Of a stretch of DNA of 64,000 nt, positions 1 through 9,842 are shown in pieces (positions within the stretch are counted from its first letter, which is position 1; the number at the start of each line of letters is the position of its first letter). The stretch comes from an uncultured Gammaproteobacteria bacterium. GTDB taxonomy: Bacteria; Patescibacteriota; Microgenomatia; UBA1406; GWC2-37-13. The translations under genes were made by a program, and so were the position numbers. The notes below the pieces were generated by a model, which saw nothing but the letters and a program-made list of their open reading frames with translations, did not search any database and was not told the DNA's origin. The stretch lies in the NCBI GenBank assembly GCA_964412815.1, contig CAYPQF010000038.1, positions 11,284 through 75,283 on the forward strand, given 5' to 3'.

Positions 1-141
1 GCAGAAGTGTTTCATCAAATGACATATCCTCGTATGCTAACAGACAAAGATGAAAATGAAGCAAGAGAAGCCGAACTCATACCAGAGCACAGGACCCGTT
101 TCACGTTGCGCGTATCCGACAGAAAAGTTACTTTTTCTTGA
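1..141 (+). CDS. 3' end of an unidentified CDS entering from the left edge (partial)
   Basis: Frame 1 is open from base 1 to TGA 139-141 (AEVFHQMTYPRML...SDRKVTFS). Composition is non-repetitive and charged. No family recognised. It overlaps the convergent antiporter stop by 14 nt. Confidence 0.3.
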   Translation, partial: AEVFHQMTYPRMLTDKDENEAREAELIPEHRTRFTLRVSDRKVTFS

Positions 142-1480
142 TTAAGTCTGCCACACCAATCTTTCGCGCCAGGAAGGGCGTTAACGGAGGTTCGATTACG
201 AGTGTCAGAAGAATAACCCACATACCAATTGCAATCACAAAATCTGACTGGATGATGTTGTAACTGGAAGCGATGATCAAGAGTATTGCCGCGATAATAC
301 CGGTTTCTCGGATAAAGCTGAGGAACACAATATCCTTAAACTGGAATTCGTGTCTGAGCAGCCACGGCAACAGCGAGACAAATACCACAAACGGACGGAT
401 GACAAACATAAAGAGCAGGGCCGCGATAATACCCACCGGGGCAAGCTCAATCAGGATCTCCAGTGGAACCAGTGCTCCCAGAACGATAAAGATAAACGGC
501 TTGATCAAATGGCTCAGGAGACTCTCATAGAAATGTGAGACCTGTTTGAGACCGCCAATCATATCCGTCAACAGCCCACTGACAAACGCTGCAAGAAATC
601 CGGCACCTCCCAGTACTGTTCCGAGAGAGTAGGTAAAGATTGGAACCGACAGCAACAGCGCAGGATCTGCTTCGTGGTCTTTGCGTTCATTTTGCTGATA
701 GTAGAATTTTTTGATCAACATAAACCCAATCCAGCCGACCAGAATGCCGGAAATAATCTGGAGTGCCAGAGCATCGTAAGTTGATTTGTTCACGAGTGGA
801 ACAAAATATCCGAAGATGTTACCGGACTGAGTAACACCCACCCCTATCATGGCGAGCAACAGGAAGCGTGTCAGAATACTGCCGGTAATATCCGTTAACG
901 CACTCTCCGCGATTGCAATCTCCTTCAGGAACTCCCGGCGGAACTTCATGATGTTCAGCGTCGGAATGATTGCAGTCGGGTCGGTCGATGCCAGCGCCGC
1001 ACTCAGAATCACAATTGACGGGATAAGCGCGAGTTCAACCTGTCCGAAGATGGTAAGTAAAAAGTACAGAACTGCAGTAAAGATAAGGGAGGTAATAATG
1101 ACCCCTACCAGACTAAGTGATGCAATTGGGAAAAACCAGTGCTTAAAGTTCTTGAACGGAATCTCGAGCCCTCCGGCAAACAGTACAATAGCAGCAAACA
1201 GCTCCATCACAATTTTCAGTCCGGAAATCTGATGAGTATAAAACTCAAGCACCGGCTGAAGTGCCATACCGGCAAAGATTGCCCAGACAAACGACGGAAT
1301 GACGGTTTTTGGGGCTATGCGATTAATGTAGTAACCGACAAACAGTACTGATCCCAGAATAAAGAGTTGCACATCTATTTCGTGAATAATCTCTGCGTTG
1401 TGCCCAATAAGACCGCGCGTCAACAGCGAGATGACTGTTAAAAACAGTATCAGCATGAAATAGGGAACAATATTTTTCAT
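128..1480 (-). CDS. Na+/H+ (cation:proton) antiporter, CPA1 family
   Basis: Multi-TM hydrophobic ORF with the CPA1-type segment AALASTDPTAIIPTL. Start placed at MKNIV (ATG 1480) because TACAAT/GGAG lie directly upstream and the earlier in-frame ATGs fall inside that promoter. Confidence 0.8.
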   Translation of the reverse strand: MKNIVPYFMLILFLTVISLLTRGLIGHNAEIIHEIDVQLFILGSVLFVGYYINRIAPKTVIPSFVWAIFAGMALQPVLEFYTHQISGLKIVMELFAAIVLFAGGLEIPFKNFKHWFFPIASLSLVGVIITSLIFTAVLYFLLTIFGQVELALIPSIVILSAALASTDPTAIIPTLNIMKFRREFLKEIAIAESALTDITGSILTRFLLLAMIGVGVTQSGNIFGYFVPLVNKSTYDALALQIISGILVGWIGFMLIKKFYYQQNERKDHEADPALLLSVPIFTYSLGTVLGGAGFLAAFVSGLLTDMIGGLKQVSHFYESLLSHLIKPFIFIVLGALVPLEILIELAPVGIIAALLFMFVIRPFVVFVSLLPWLLRHEFQFKDIVFLSFIRETGIIAAILLIIASSYNIIQSDFVIAIGMWVILLTLVIEPPLTPFLARKIGVADLIKKK

Positions 1481-1533
1481 CGGTAACTCCATTGTAAAGT
1501 GTTTCGGAATCCGATGCAACCGGTTACGCTTTT

Positions 1534-2370
1534 TTACTGAGGGAAAACCCCATCTGTTTGCGTCAGGAAGGTATCATAGAGCTTCATCAACTGTCGCACA
1601 GCAGCTGGAATCTCAGGAAAGAGATGTGAATCAATTCTCCTGACTGGCACAATCTTGGTGCTGGTACTGGTCAGAAATGCACCGTCGTACGCCCCTAAGC
1701 GGGAGTACGGAATCACTTCTTCCCGGTAGGTATAGCCGTGCGTTCGAGCCACATGAAGAATGGTTTTTCTGGTAACGCCTTCTAAAATTAGATCAGACGG
1801 CGGCGAGATTATGGTAGTGCCTTGAATCGTAAAAAAGTTGGTGCGTGTTCCCTCCCGGATCGTTCCGTCACGATCTACCAGCAGGCCATCATAACACCCT
1901 GCTTCTTGTGCATCCCGATAGATCAGATAGCTGGGGAGCATATTCAGTGACTTTGCGTTCGGCAGATAGCGTTCGTACTGAAACGTGATGGTATCAACAC
2001 CGGTTCTGTAGAGTTTACGGTCGGGAAAGAGCGGCGCGAGCGGAAGAATAAAGAGCTGGGCATCTGCCGCGGTTTTACCACCAATCAGAAGCATCTTGAT
2101 GTTACTCGCCGAAAGGTGATTCTCTGAGACAACCGCACGAATCCATGCGATGACTTGAGATTTAGTAAACGGGTGAGCAAGGCGGATCAGTTCAGCAGAA
2201 AGAAAGAGACGATCAACATGCTGTTCGACAAAATACAGCACCTCTTTGCGAACTTTCATGGTTTCGTAGACACCAAAGCCATAGCTGTACTCGATGTGGT
2301 CCAGCGGCACTACTGCCTGATCCAGTGGCAGCAGTTCCCCGTTTCTGGAGAAATAGGATTTTTGTTGCAT
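1534..2370 (-). CDS. PLP fold-type IV aminotransferase (D-amino-acid / branched-chain aminotransferase family)
   Basis: 278 aa with class IV patterns YGFGVYETMKV, EGTRTNFF and LEGVTR. Substrate specificity cannot be assigned. Confidence 0.75.
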   Translation of the reverse strand: MQQKSYFSRNGELLPLDQAVVPLDHIEYSYGFGVYETMKVRKEVLYFVEQHVDRLFLSAELIRLAHPFTKSQVIAWIRAVVSENHLSASNIKMLLIGGKTAADAQLFILPLAPLFPDRKLYRTGVDTITFQYERYLPNAKSLNMLPSYLIYRDAQEAGCYDGLLVDRDGTIREGTRTNFFTIQGTTIISPPSDLILEGVTRKTILHVARTHGYTYREEVIPYSRLGAYDGAFLTSTSTKIVPVRRIDSHLFPEIPAAVRQLMKLYDTFLTQTDGVFPQ

Positions 2371-2391
2371 ACCGTCGCTCTATTATAGCAC

Positions 2392-3111
2392 TCAGGTCTC
2401 GATATCGGTATGCACACGGACGTCTTTCATTTCGTGAAACACCGCGCCCGGTGTTTTATGGAGGGCATGAGAGTCCTGATTAAAAATGGTCTCCAGGGCC
2501 TGCTTTTTATCGTCGCCGGACACAAAGACCAGCGCATGGTCTATAATAGAACGGACAAATGGCATTGTGGTTGTAACCCGGTGTGGATACGGGTTCTTCC
2601 CGGTAGCATCGTAACTTACTACCCACCGATCCCCTTCAAACAGGGAATCAAAGGTTTCTTTACTCTCGGGGAATGGCATCATTCCGGAGATATGTGCGTC
2701 CGGTCCAACTCCCATGGTTGCTATCACCACGCCAGCGGGATTCGCATCCTTCCAGCCTCGTACTGCCTGCTCAAACCGGGTAGCCAGCTGTTCCGCGGTC
2801 TCCCCCTGTTGCACCCTGGTATCGATGGTTCGGCAGCCTTTTTCCTGTATTCGCGCGTAGAATTCCGTGTGCGTGAGTAATGCGAAGTTATTTTCCTGAG
2901 GGTCCGTCGAGTATCGCTCGTCAAGTACCGTTACCGTTATTCGATCGGTAATGTACTGCGGCAGTATCGCTTCAACCAGCTGGAGCGCGGAACCACCGGA
3001 AGACAGAAAAAGAATTGCGTCAGACATATGTTGCGCAAGCAGAGCATCCAGCTCTGATCCCGCGGATCTGAATGCTTCATCTCTGGTTTCGTACTCGGTT
3101 AGCTGTATCAT
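2392..3111 (-). CDS. 6-phosphogluconolactonase / glucosamine-6-phosphate isomerase family protein
   Basis: 239 aa with LFLSSGGSALQL, VLDERY and MGVGPDAHISG, matching the GxGxDGHxAS-type motif of this family. Confidence 0.6.
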   Translation of the reverse strand: MIQLTEYETRDEAFRSAGSELDALLAQHMSDAILFLSSGGSALQLVEAILPQYITDRITVTVLDERYSTDPQENNFALLTHTEFYARIQEKGCRTIDTRVQQGETAEQLATRFEQAVRGWKDANPAGVVIATMGVGPDAHISGMMPFPESKETFDSLFEGDRWVVSYDATGKNPYPHRVTTTMPFVRSIIDHALVFVSGDDKKQALETIFNQDSHALHKTPGAVFHEMKDVRVHTDIET

Positions 3112-3132
3112 GCAGCCATTATACCCGTTGAA

Positions 3133-3468
3133 TTATTGTGATGGAAGTGCTGAATCATCCAGATTTTCCGTTGTGGAAGAATCTATCAATGCATCCAGAT
3201 ACTCTACTTCACGATCAATATCATCAGCCGACTCCGGGGCGGGTGGTTCAGTTGGCAAGATTGCCGAGCCACTGGCAGCAACAGGAACTATCGGTGCTTG
3301 AGAGTCAGCGGTGACTTCCGTTGTTCCTTCTACTGCAATAGGCTGCTGCTGTTCCAGTTCCGCAGTCTGACGACGAAGCTGATTCTGAAAAAAGAAGATC
3401 AATCCAACTGAACATACTACCACCAGTACCAGCATCCCTGCGATTAAGAGTTTGTTTTGATTTGTCAT
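3133..3468 (-). CDS. hypothetical membrane-anchored acidic protein
   Basis: 111-aa ORF with one N-terminal TM helix (LLIAGMLVLVVVCSVGLIFFF) and an acidic tail. It sits 2 nt after the stop of the upstream gene. Confidence 0.45.
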   Translation of the reverse strand: MTNQNKLLIAGMLVLVVVCSVGLIFFFQNQLRRQTAELEQQQPIAVEGTTEVTADSQAPIVPVAASGSAILPTEPPAPESADDIDREVEYLDALIDSSTTENLDDSALPSQ

Positions 3469-3470
3469 AA

Positions 3471-4217
3471 TTATTGTGCGGAATCACTTGCAACAGCATC
3501 ATCCTCGATCTGATCTTTCAGAGCCTGCAATGCGGGACGAACCGTCTCCTTATAGTAATCATGCAGTTCTGCACGTGCTTCTCTGAGTGACTCAAGTTCA
3601 TCTTTGGTTGTTTCCAGTGCTGCCTGGAACTCTTCTTTTGAGGCAGTGCATCCCAATTCCTTGACACTCTCAAGCGCGTTCATAAAAGACGCAAATGCAT
3701 CTTCAACGGCTTCCACCCGGGTATCCATGCCTTCAACGGCTTGTTCCAAAGCAGCTGTATCATATCCTTTTTCCGAGAAGATTTCGATAGCTTGCTTCAG
3801 GCGTTCTACCAGACGATTATGTCGCTCTTCATCATTTCCGCGGGCAGTTTGAAACCGTTCCGCATTCATCCGATTTTTCTCATTAAGAGGAGCACAGCGT
3901 GCTTCATCAGTAGCCATACGATCCTGCATCTGTTGTCTGGGCATACCGGAAACACGCGGCATTCCTGAGACCCGTTTTTGCGGCATTCCACTAAGTCGTT
4001 CTTTTGGCGGCATGGGACTTCCACTCAATTGTTTCCGGGGTGGGGGTGACCCTTCCGTTCTTCCGGTCCCCTGCATCAGCGGGCGACCATTCTGCATCTG
4101 GACATCTTCCAGATCCATGGTCCGGGGTTGTTGAGGCACACGTTCCTGTTCCTGTGCCAATACAGTTGGAACGATCAGGGTTAGCAGTGCTGCAAAAAGA
4201 ATTGGGATTATACGCAT
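3471..4217 (-). CDS. secreted hypothetical protein with short SGMP repeats and a helical C-terminal half
   Basis: Start moved to MRIIPILFAALLTLIVPTVLAQ (signal peptide, ATG 4217). Contains repeats LSGSPMPP/LSGMPQ/VSGMPR/VSGMPR. No family recognised. Confidence 0.55.
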   Translation of the reverse strand: MRIIPILFAALLTLIVPTVLAQEQERVPQQPRTMDLEDVQMQNGRPLMQGTGRTEGSPPPRKQLSGSPMPPKERLSGMPQKRVSGMPRVSGMPRQQMQDRMATDEARCAPLNEKNRMNAERFQTARGNDEERHNRLVERLKQAIEIFSEKGYDTAALEQAVEGMDTRVEAVEDAFASFMNALESVKELGCTASKEEFQAALETTKDELESLREARAELHDYYKETVRPALQALKDQIEDDAVASDSAQ

Positions 4218-4285
4218 ATAGATAGAGTAATCAAGAGTTCGCCCTGGTGCAAGGAGAAACGCAAAGAGATTGGTATAATAGGAAG

Positions 4286-5053
4286 ATGGAATATATTCTC
4301 CCGGTATATAAACCAGTTGGTGAAACTCCACTGGATACACTCAACAGGCTGCGAATCGAACAGCCACGCTACCGGGAGGCAACGCTGGGTTATGCCGGAC
4401 GGCTTGACCCCATGGCTTCCGGAGTACTTCTGGTACTGGTAAATGAAGCAAACACCAATCGCAAAGAACTGGAGCGTCTGGACAAAGAGTATGAGTTTTC
4501 GTGGATTCCCGGAATCACCACAGATACGTACGATCTTATGGGTCTGGTTACCCGCATCCAGCCGGTACAGTCACCGCTCGAACCGCAACAGATGCGTGAG
4601 CAGTTGAAGCGGTATAGGGGGAGTTTCGATCAACCGTATCCCCCATACTCCGCTGCCCGAGTCAATGGCAAACCGCTGTACTACTGGGCCCGGGCCGGTA
4701 AAATCGACGCAGTACCACGGCCCTCAAAAACTGTCACCATTTCGTCGATCAAGCTTGACGGAATTACTGAATTAAGCGGGGAGGAATTGCTCAACAAATG
4801 TACCACTCAAATAGAACAGGTCCGGGGAGATTTTCGTCAGAAAGAGATAATCCAGCGCTGGGAGGAGGAACTTAAACCGTATCCCGCCCATCGATGGAGA
4901 GAGTATCACGGTACGTGTGTCTGTAGCAGCGGCACCTATATCCGCAGTCTGGTAGACAGCATCGGAGCCGATCTCGGTACCGGCGCTGTTACCTCTGCAA
5001 TTACCAGAACACGGGTGGGATCGTATACCCTTACACCCATGCCGCAAGGATAA
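4286..5053 (+). CDS. truB: tRNA pseudouridine synthase B-like
   Basis: MEYILPVYKPVGETPLD... plus the catalytic-Asp motif GYAGRLDPMASGVLLVLV. Start at ATG 4286, 6 nt after TATAAT 4274-4279. Confidence 0.8.
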   Translation: MEYILPVYKPVGETPLDTLNRLRIEQPRYREATLGYAGRLDPMASGVLLVLVNEANTNRKELERLDKEYEFSWIPGITTDTYDLMGLVTRIQPVQSPLEPQQMREQLKRYRGSFDQPYPPYSAARVNGKPLYYWARAGKIDAVPRPSKTVTISSIKLDGITELSGEELLNKCTTQIEQVRGDFRQKEIIQRWEEELKPYPAHRWREYHGTCVCSSGTYIRSLVDSIGADLGTGAVTSAITRTRVGSYTLTPMPQG

Positions 5054-5438
5054 TCGCCATTGTCAGAGTGGCGACCAGGTGGTACGCAACAGAAATAACG
5101 TATACCTTAATTGACTGATTTTCGTATAGTACCGCAGTCGCAAGGGGAGGAGCAGTCAATGCGGCCCACAGCAACAAACCCGATTCCAAAGCTCCGTCAA
5201 CCGTTGTGATATTCAGCTTGTTTAGAATCAGAGCTAATCCGGTGGCCATTACCAGTGCCACAACAATCATCGAGAGCATAGCTTTTTTTGCTGCTTCCGC
5301 ACTAATCTCACCCGGCTTAATTCCCCGTTCCTGCATCCACAGATTGCCAAATAATATCGGAGAGTACCATGCAGCGCCGATACCCATATATGCAACAGCT
5401 GCAAGGAGGACCGCAAAAAGATTGATGTCAGAAAACAT
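5031..5438 (-). CDS. DUF1761-like small membrane protein
   Basis: 135 aa, four TM segments. The N-terminus LLAAVAYMGIGAAWYSPILFGNLW is as I recall for DUF1761. Confidence 0.5.
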   Translation of the reverse strand: MFSDINLFAVLLAAVAYMGIGAAWYSPILFGNLWMQERGIKPGEISAEAAKKAMLSMIVVALVMATGLALILNKLNITTVDGALESGLLLWAALTAPPLATAVLYENQSIKVYVISVAYHLVATLTMAIILAAWV

Positions 5439-5545
5439 AGGAATAGTTTGACTGATAATACCTATATATTACTTTTCACACACAGGAAAAACAAGTACGG
5501 GAAGAGAGCATAAGGGACGGCACCTGTCCTAGGTAACTGAGAGTA

Positions 5546-6970
5546 TTATTGCTGCGCATCACAGTCGATACCAATATCAGTTCCACAGGGTTCAATCAGG
5601 TTCGGAATGGAAGCGGCGCACGAAATACCAAAGCAGATCCGTTCGCGGAAAACCACCTGTTCGATCGTAACAATGATCGCCAGTACCGCCACAATCAGAA
5701 CCACACCGATAATCGCGGCAGTTATCTTGTTGCGGGCTTTGGTAGTATTTTCTTCGTCACCACCGGAAGTAATCCAGGAGAATGCCCCCAGCAGGAGATA
5801 TAACAGTGCAACCAGTCCGGCCAGTACAAAGAACAGACGAATCACAAAGGTCAGAATATCCGAAAGGTTGGGAATACGAAAGCCTAGAGCGTTCTGATCA
5901 ACTTTTACGGTAACAGTCAGAGTACCACCCGGCTGATTGGGACCAACCGTCTCAAACTGATCCACCGCACCGGTGGAAGGGTTAATCACGGCACGGAAGT
6001 TCCGGGTCTGCCCATCGACCTGCGTAAACGGTCCGGTCACTACGACTCCCTGTGGTGTCAGATTAATACGACGTACTTCGTTGTTTAACTGCGGTTGCCA
6101 GTTGGTCAGTTGTCCATTTGATTTATCAACTGCTGCCAGATAGCGGCGCTGTTGCCCGCCAATCTCAGTAAACGAGCCACCGATATACAGATACTTATCA
6201 TCTGTTGCCAGGGCGTAGATATCTCCGTTTGCATCCAGCACATAATCGGTCATATTCCCGCTGACCCGGTCAAACACCGCAAAGTGAAGTCTGTTCTTGC
6301 CACCGATTGCGGTAAAGCGACCACCGACATAAATATACGTGTCGTCTACCGCTATTGCGTAAACATGATCGTTAGGTATCGGATTCCAGCTGAAAAGTTC
6401 CAGTGTCTGCTTATTGTAGGCTGCGATATACGGACGGGATTGTCCGGAGATCTCGGTAAATTTACCGCCTACATAGATACGGATATCATCAGTGGCAATT
6501 GCGTCTACCGGGGCATTCGGGTTTGGATTCCAGTCCAGTACGGTGTTTTGTGGAACATCAATAGCAGCCAGGTGATTACGCATGGCGGCAGAACCGGTTG
6601 CCAGTTCCACTCGGGTAAAGATGCCGCCGATGTAAAGATAGTCACCGTCCCGGACCACCGTGGTATCGGTGCCATTGGTCACATATGCTCCCGGTGTCAG
6701 TTGCGCAGTTGCCGTCGCGGTTGGGATTGGAGTCACCGTTCCGGTTGGTGGTTGCGTGATGGTAGCAGAGGGTGAGGCTGTCGGCAGCGGAGTATTTGTC
6801 GGCTCCGGTGCTCCCTGTTGTTGCTGAGTTTGCTGATTCTGTTGGGTCGAACCCTCTCCGGTAAAGAAGTCCAGAACTTGTGCCTGGGTGGGGTTCATCA
6901 GACCACAGAAGAGAACGGCGGCTATAAAGGTTCCGATCATTTTCTGCAGGAATCCGCGCGTGGTCAACAT
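5546..6970 (-). CDS. secreted beta-propeller repeat protein with C-terminal TrbC/VirB2-like (T4SS-pilin type) membrane domain
   Basis: Signal peptide and a Q/PT-rich linker are followed by 5-6 repeats of ~48 aa with core YhGGxFTxIxGxxR. Two TM helices then flank LLGAFSWITSGGDEENTTKARNKITAAIIGVVL, and the tail is Cys-rich. Confidence 0.7.
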   Translation of the reverse strand: MLTTRGFLQKMIGTFIAAVLFCGLMNPTQAQVLDFFTGEGSTQQNQQTQQQQGAPEPTNTPLPTASPSATITQPPTGTVTPIPTATATAQLTPGAYVTNGTDTTVVRDGDYLYIGGIFTRVELATGSAAMRNHLAAIDVPQNTVLDWNPNPNAPVDAIATDDIRIYVGGKFTEISGQSRPYIAAYNKQTLELFSWNPIPNDHVYAIAVDDTYIYVGGRFTAIGGKNRLHFAVFDRVSGNMTDYVLDANGDIYALATDDKYLYIGGSFTEIGGQQRRYLAAVDKSNGQLTNWQPQLNNEVRRINLTPQGVVVTGPFTQVDGQTRNFRAVINPSTGAVDQFETVGPNQPGGTLTVTVKVDQNALGFRIPNLSDILTFVIRLFFVLAGLVALLYLLLGAFSWITSGGDEENTTKARNKITAAIIGVVLIVAVLAIIVTIEQVVFRERICFGISCAASIPNLIEPCGTDIGIDCDAQQ

Positions 6971-7071
6971 TATGAATTGTATTGTTATAACAATAAATAT
7001 CTAATAGTTTATTATACCACACTTCATCTCCTCCTGTACAAACCAGACCCCCTTGGCTACAATGAATCCGT

Positions 7072-8751
7072 ATGCACGTGTTTCTTGAAATTGCGAGTAT
7101 TATCGCCATCGCGACCGGAGTCTCCTTCCTGATGCGTCTGCTCAAACAACCCCTAATTGTCGGGTATATTCTCTCCGGAATAATTGCCGGACCGTATCTC
7201 TTAAACATCGTCAGTGCGGTCGAGACGATCGAACTGTTCTCCAAGATCGGGATCACGATTCTCCTGTTTATTGTGGGACTGAGCTTAAGCCCCACTGTGG
7301 TAAAAGAAGTGGGAAAAGTTTCGCTTACTACCGGTGTAGGACAGGTTGTCTTTACCTCACTCATCGGCTTTGTAATTGCGCTGATGCTGGGACTGGACCG
7401 CCTGGCAGCTCTCTATACCGCCATTGCCCTCACCTTTTCCAGTACGATCATCATCCTGAAACTGCTCTCGGATAAAGGAGATGTGAATAAACTGTATGGA
7501 AAAATCTCGATCGGGTTTCTGCTGGTACAGGATATCATCGCCACTATCATTCTGATCTTTGTATCGTCGTTTGCTGGCGGAACGGACGGGAATATCGGCC
7601 TGTTTATCATTATGACCATCGGCAAGGGTGTCGCCCTGATTGCCGGACTGATGCTCGTGAGTAACCTGCTCCTCACCCGTATCTGCCGCTATATCTCGAA
7701 TTCGCAGGAACTGCTCTTCCTGTTTTCGCTGGCCTGGGGCATGGGTCTGGCCTGTATTTTTTATCTGATGAACTTTTCGGTTGAGATCGGTGCGCTGGTT
7801 GCCGGGGTAACGCTGGCCTCCACGCCATACGCAAATGAGATCGGTTCCCGCATGAAGCCGCTCCGTGACTTCTTTATCGTGCTGTTCTTTATTCTGCTCG
7901 GCTCACAGATGGTAATCAGCGATCTAGGATCGCTACTGGTACCCGCACTTATCCTGTCGCTGTTTGTGCTGATCGGCAACCCGATCATCGTAATTATTCT
8001 GATGAACTGGCTTGGATATAACAGAAAGACCGGGTTTTATGCCGGACTGGCGGTAGCACAGATCAGTGAGTTTTCGTTAATTCTGGCAACCCTTGGTTTT
8101 AATGTTGGACATCTGTCGCGAGAAGTCCTTTCGCTGATAACGCTGGTAGGTCTGATTACGATTGCCGGCTCCACCTATCTGATTCTCTATTCTGACCATC
8201 TCTACCCCAAACTAAGCAACCTGCTCAAGTTTCTGGAGTTCCGCAAAACCGGACGCGGCGCGGAAAAAACTGCCCGCGAACACACCGCTCTTCTCTTCGG
8301 GTACGACCGGGTCGGCTCGATGTTTGTGAATGCCTTCGAGAAGCTGGAGCAGAAGTATCTGGTGATCGATGTGAATCCGGAATCTATTCAGAAACTGGAA
8401 CAACTGGAAGTACCGGCACTCTATGGCGATGCCAGTGATGTCGAGTTTCTGGGAGATCTTAATCTGCAGAATATCAAGATTGCGGTCACTACTATTCCGG
8501 ACTTTAACACGAACCTGCTGTTGATTGATCAGATCCGCAAGGTAAATGAAAAAGCAATTGTGATTGCCATATCGCATAATCCGGGAGAGGCAAAAGAGCT
8601 GTACCTGAGAGGCGCAACATACGTGGTGATGCCACACTATCTGGGAGCAAAATATGCTGCCAATATGATCTCACGGCTGGGGGTAAAACGAAAAGAGTAT
8701 GAAGCAGAGCGAGGCAAACATCTTGCACACATCTACAAGCTGCTGGGCTAA
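7072..8751 (+). CDS. monovalent cation:proton antiporter-2 (CPA2, Kef-type) with C-terminal RCK/TrkA-N domain
   Basis: N-terminus LKQPLIVGYILSGIIAGPYLL and about 12 TMs. The cytoplasmic Rossmann-like segment LLFGYDRVGSMF follows. Confidence 0.8.
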   Translation: MHVFLEIASIIAIATGVSFLMRLLKQPLIVGYILSGIIAGPYLLNIVSAVETIELFSKIGITILLFIVGLSLSPTVVKEVGKVSLTTGVGQVVFTSLIGFVIALMLGLDRLAALYTAIALTFSSTIIILKLLSDKGDVNKLYGKISIGFLLVQDIIATIILIFVSSFAGGTDGNIGLFIIMTIGKGVALIAGLMLVSNLLLTRICRYISNSQELLFLFSLAWGMGLACIFYLMNFSVEIGALVAGVTLASTPYANEIGSRMKPLRDFFIVLFFILLGSQMVISDLGSLLVPALILSLFVLIGNPIIVIILMNWLGYNRKTGFYAGLAVAQISEFSLILATLGFNVGHLSREVLSLITLVGLITIAGSTYLILYSDHLYPKLSNLLKFLEFRKTGRGAEKTAREHTALLFGYDRVGSMFVNAFEKLEQKYLVIDVNPESIQKLEQLEVPALYGDASDVEFLGDLNLQNIKIAVTTIPDFNTNLLLIDQIRKVNEKAIVIAISHNPGEAKELYLRGATYVVMPHYLGAKYAANMISRLGVKRKEYEAERGKHLAHIYKLLG

Positions 8752-8752
8752 A

Positions 8753-9826
8753 TCACTGCTGAAACTGCGGCGCAATCATCTGCGGATTATCAATATAGGG
8801 CTGGAGAATCTCCCGTACTTCGTCGACACTGGTCACTTGCATGAGTTTGGCGCGAGTCTCCGCTGCATTCACAATTCCTTTGCAGTACCAGGCCAGATGT
8901 TTTCGCATCGATAAGAAATTGAGTTCCGGTGTCAGATCATAAAACGCCTGCACATGTTCGATCGCACTATTCAGTCGTTCGATAGGTGTTGCTTCGCGAC
9001 CGGTAAAGATCCAGGGATTTCCATAAGTAGCGCGCCCGATTAATACGCCATCCAGATTGTAGGTACTGATTTTTTCCTGCGCATCAGCCAGAGATTTAAT
9101 ATCGCCATTCCCCAGGAAAGAAGTAGCTGTCTGTTTTACCAGAGCGGCTGCTTTGCCGATCTCCTCCCAGTCTGCCAGACCGGAATAGAGCTGTTTGAGA
9201 GTCCGTCCATGGAGGCTGATATTAGCAGGTTCAACTTCCAGCAATGTTTTAATCCAGTCTTCGGTAACAATCTCCTCTACCCCAATGCGGGTCTTTACCG
9301 AGACTGGAAGCTCCCGACGCTCGACGGTGATACCCCGGGCTTTCACGTAGTCTTTAACATACCGGACAATCTTATTTGGAAGCCCTACTTCTTCAATCTT
9401 CCGGCCTTCTGCCCAGTCTTTAAGCGCTTTTTTTGTTTCACGAATGATGTTTTGCCCATGCTGCGGTTGACGAATCATACCCGCGCCGGCGCCACGCTTG
9501 GACACATTTTTGTCCGGACAACCGAAATTAATATCCAGTCCGTCAAATCCCATCTCTGCCACAATAAAGGCAGACATGTAATAGGACGGAATATCGACCC
9601 CATAAATCTGCGCGATCATCGGTGTGTCTGTCTGGTGATAGGTGAAGGCGCTCATCAGTTTTACCGCACCATGCGCGATACCCTCGACCGGGGTAAACTC
9701 GGTCAATAGAATACTCGGATGACCGTGGGTGTCCATAATGTATCGATAGGCAGCATCTGTCACACCGTCCATGGGAGAGAGACCAATAATAGGACGGGGA
9801 AGATCTTTCCAGAAACCTTGTTCCAT
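8753..9826 (-). CDS. dus: tRNA-dihydrouridine synthase
   Basis: GLSPMDGVTDAAYR, DGLDINFGCP and SLHGRT are Dus-family TIM-barrel motifs. Confidence 0.85.
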   Translation of the reverse strand: MEQGFWKDLPRPIIGLSPMDGVTDAAYRYIMDTHGHPSILLTEFTPVEGIAHGAVKLMSAFTYHQTDTPMIAQIYGVDIPSYYMSAFIVAEMGFDGLDINFGCPDKNVSKRGAGAGMIRQPQHGQNIIRETKKALKDWAEGRKIEEVGLPNKIVRYVKDYVKARGITVERRELPVSVKTRIGVEEIVTEDWIKTLLEVEPANISLHGRTLKQLYSGLADWEEIGKAAALVKQTATSFLGNGDIKSLADAQEKISTYNLDGVLIGRATYGNPWIFTGREATPIERLNSAIEHVQAFYDLTPELNFLSMRKHLAWYCKGIVNAAETRAKLMQVTSVDEVREILQPYIDNPQMIAPQFQQ

Positions 9827-9842
9827 AGCCTTCTATTATACC

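Noticed and set aside
15-221. 68-aa minus-strand ORF at the left edge
   Set aside because: It has Ser-rich low-complexity composition and overlaps the antiporter C-terminus. The plus-strand frame, which is open from base 1, looks more protein-like.
6152-7364. ORFs 6152-6775 (+) and 6642-7364 (-) overlapping the beta-propeller gene and the Kef promoter
   Set aside because: These are shadow frames of the repeat-rich propeller gene. The 240-aa ORF would bridge an intergenic promoter region and the 5' end of the opposite-strand Kef gene.
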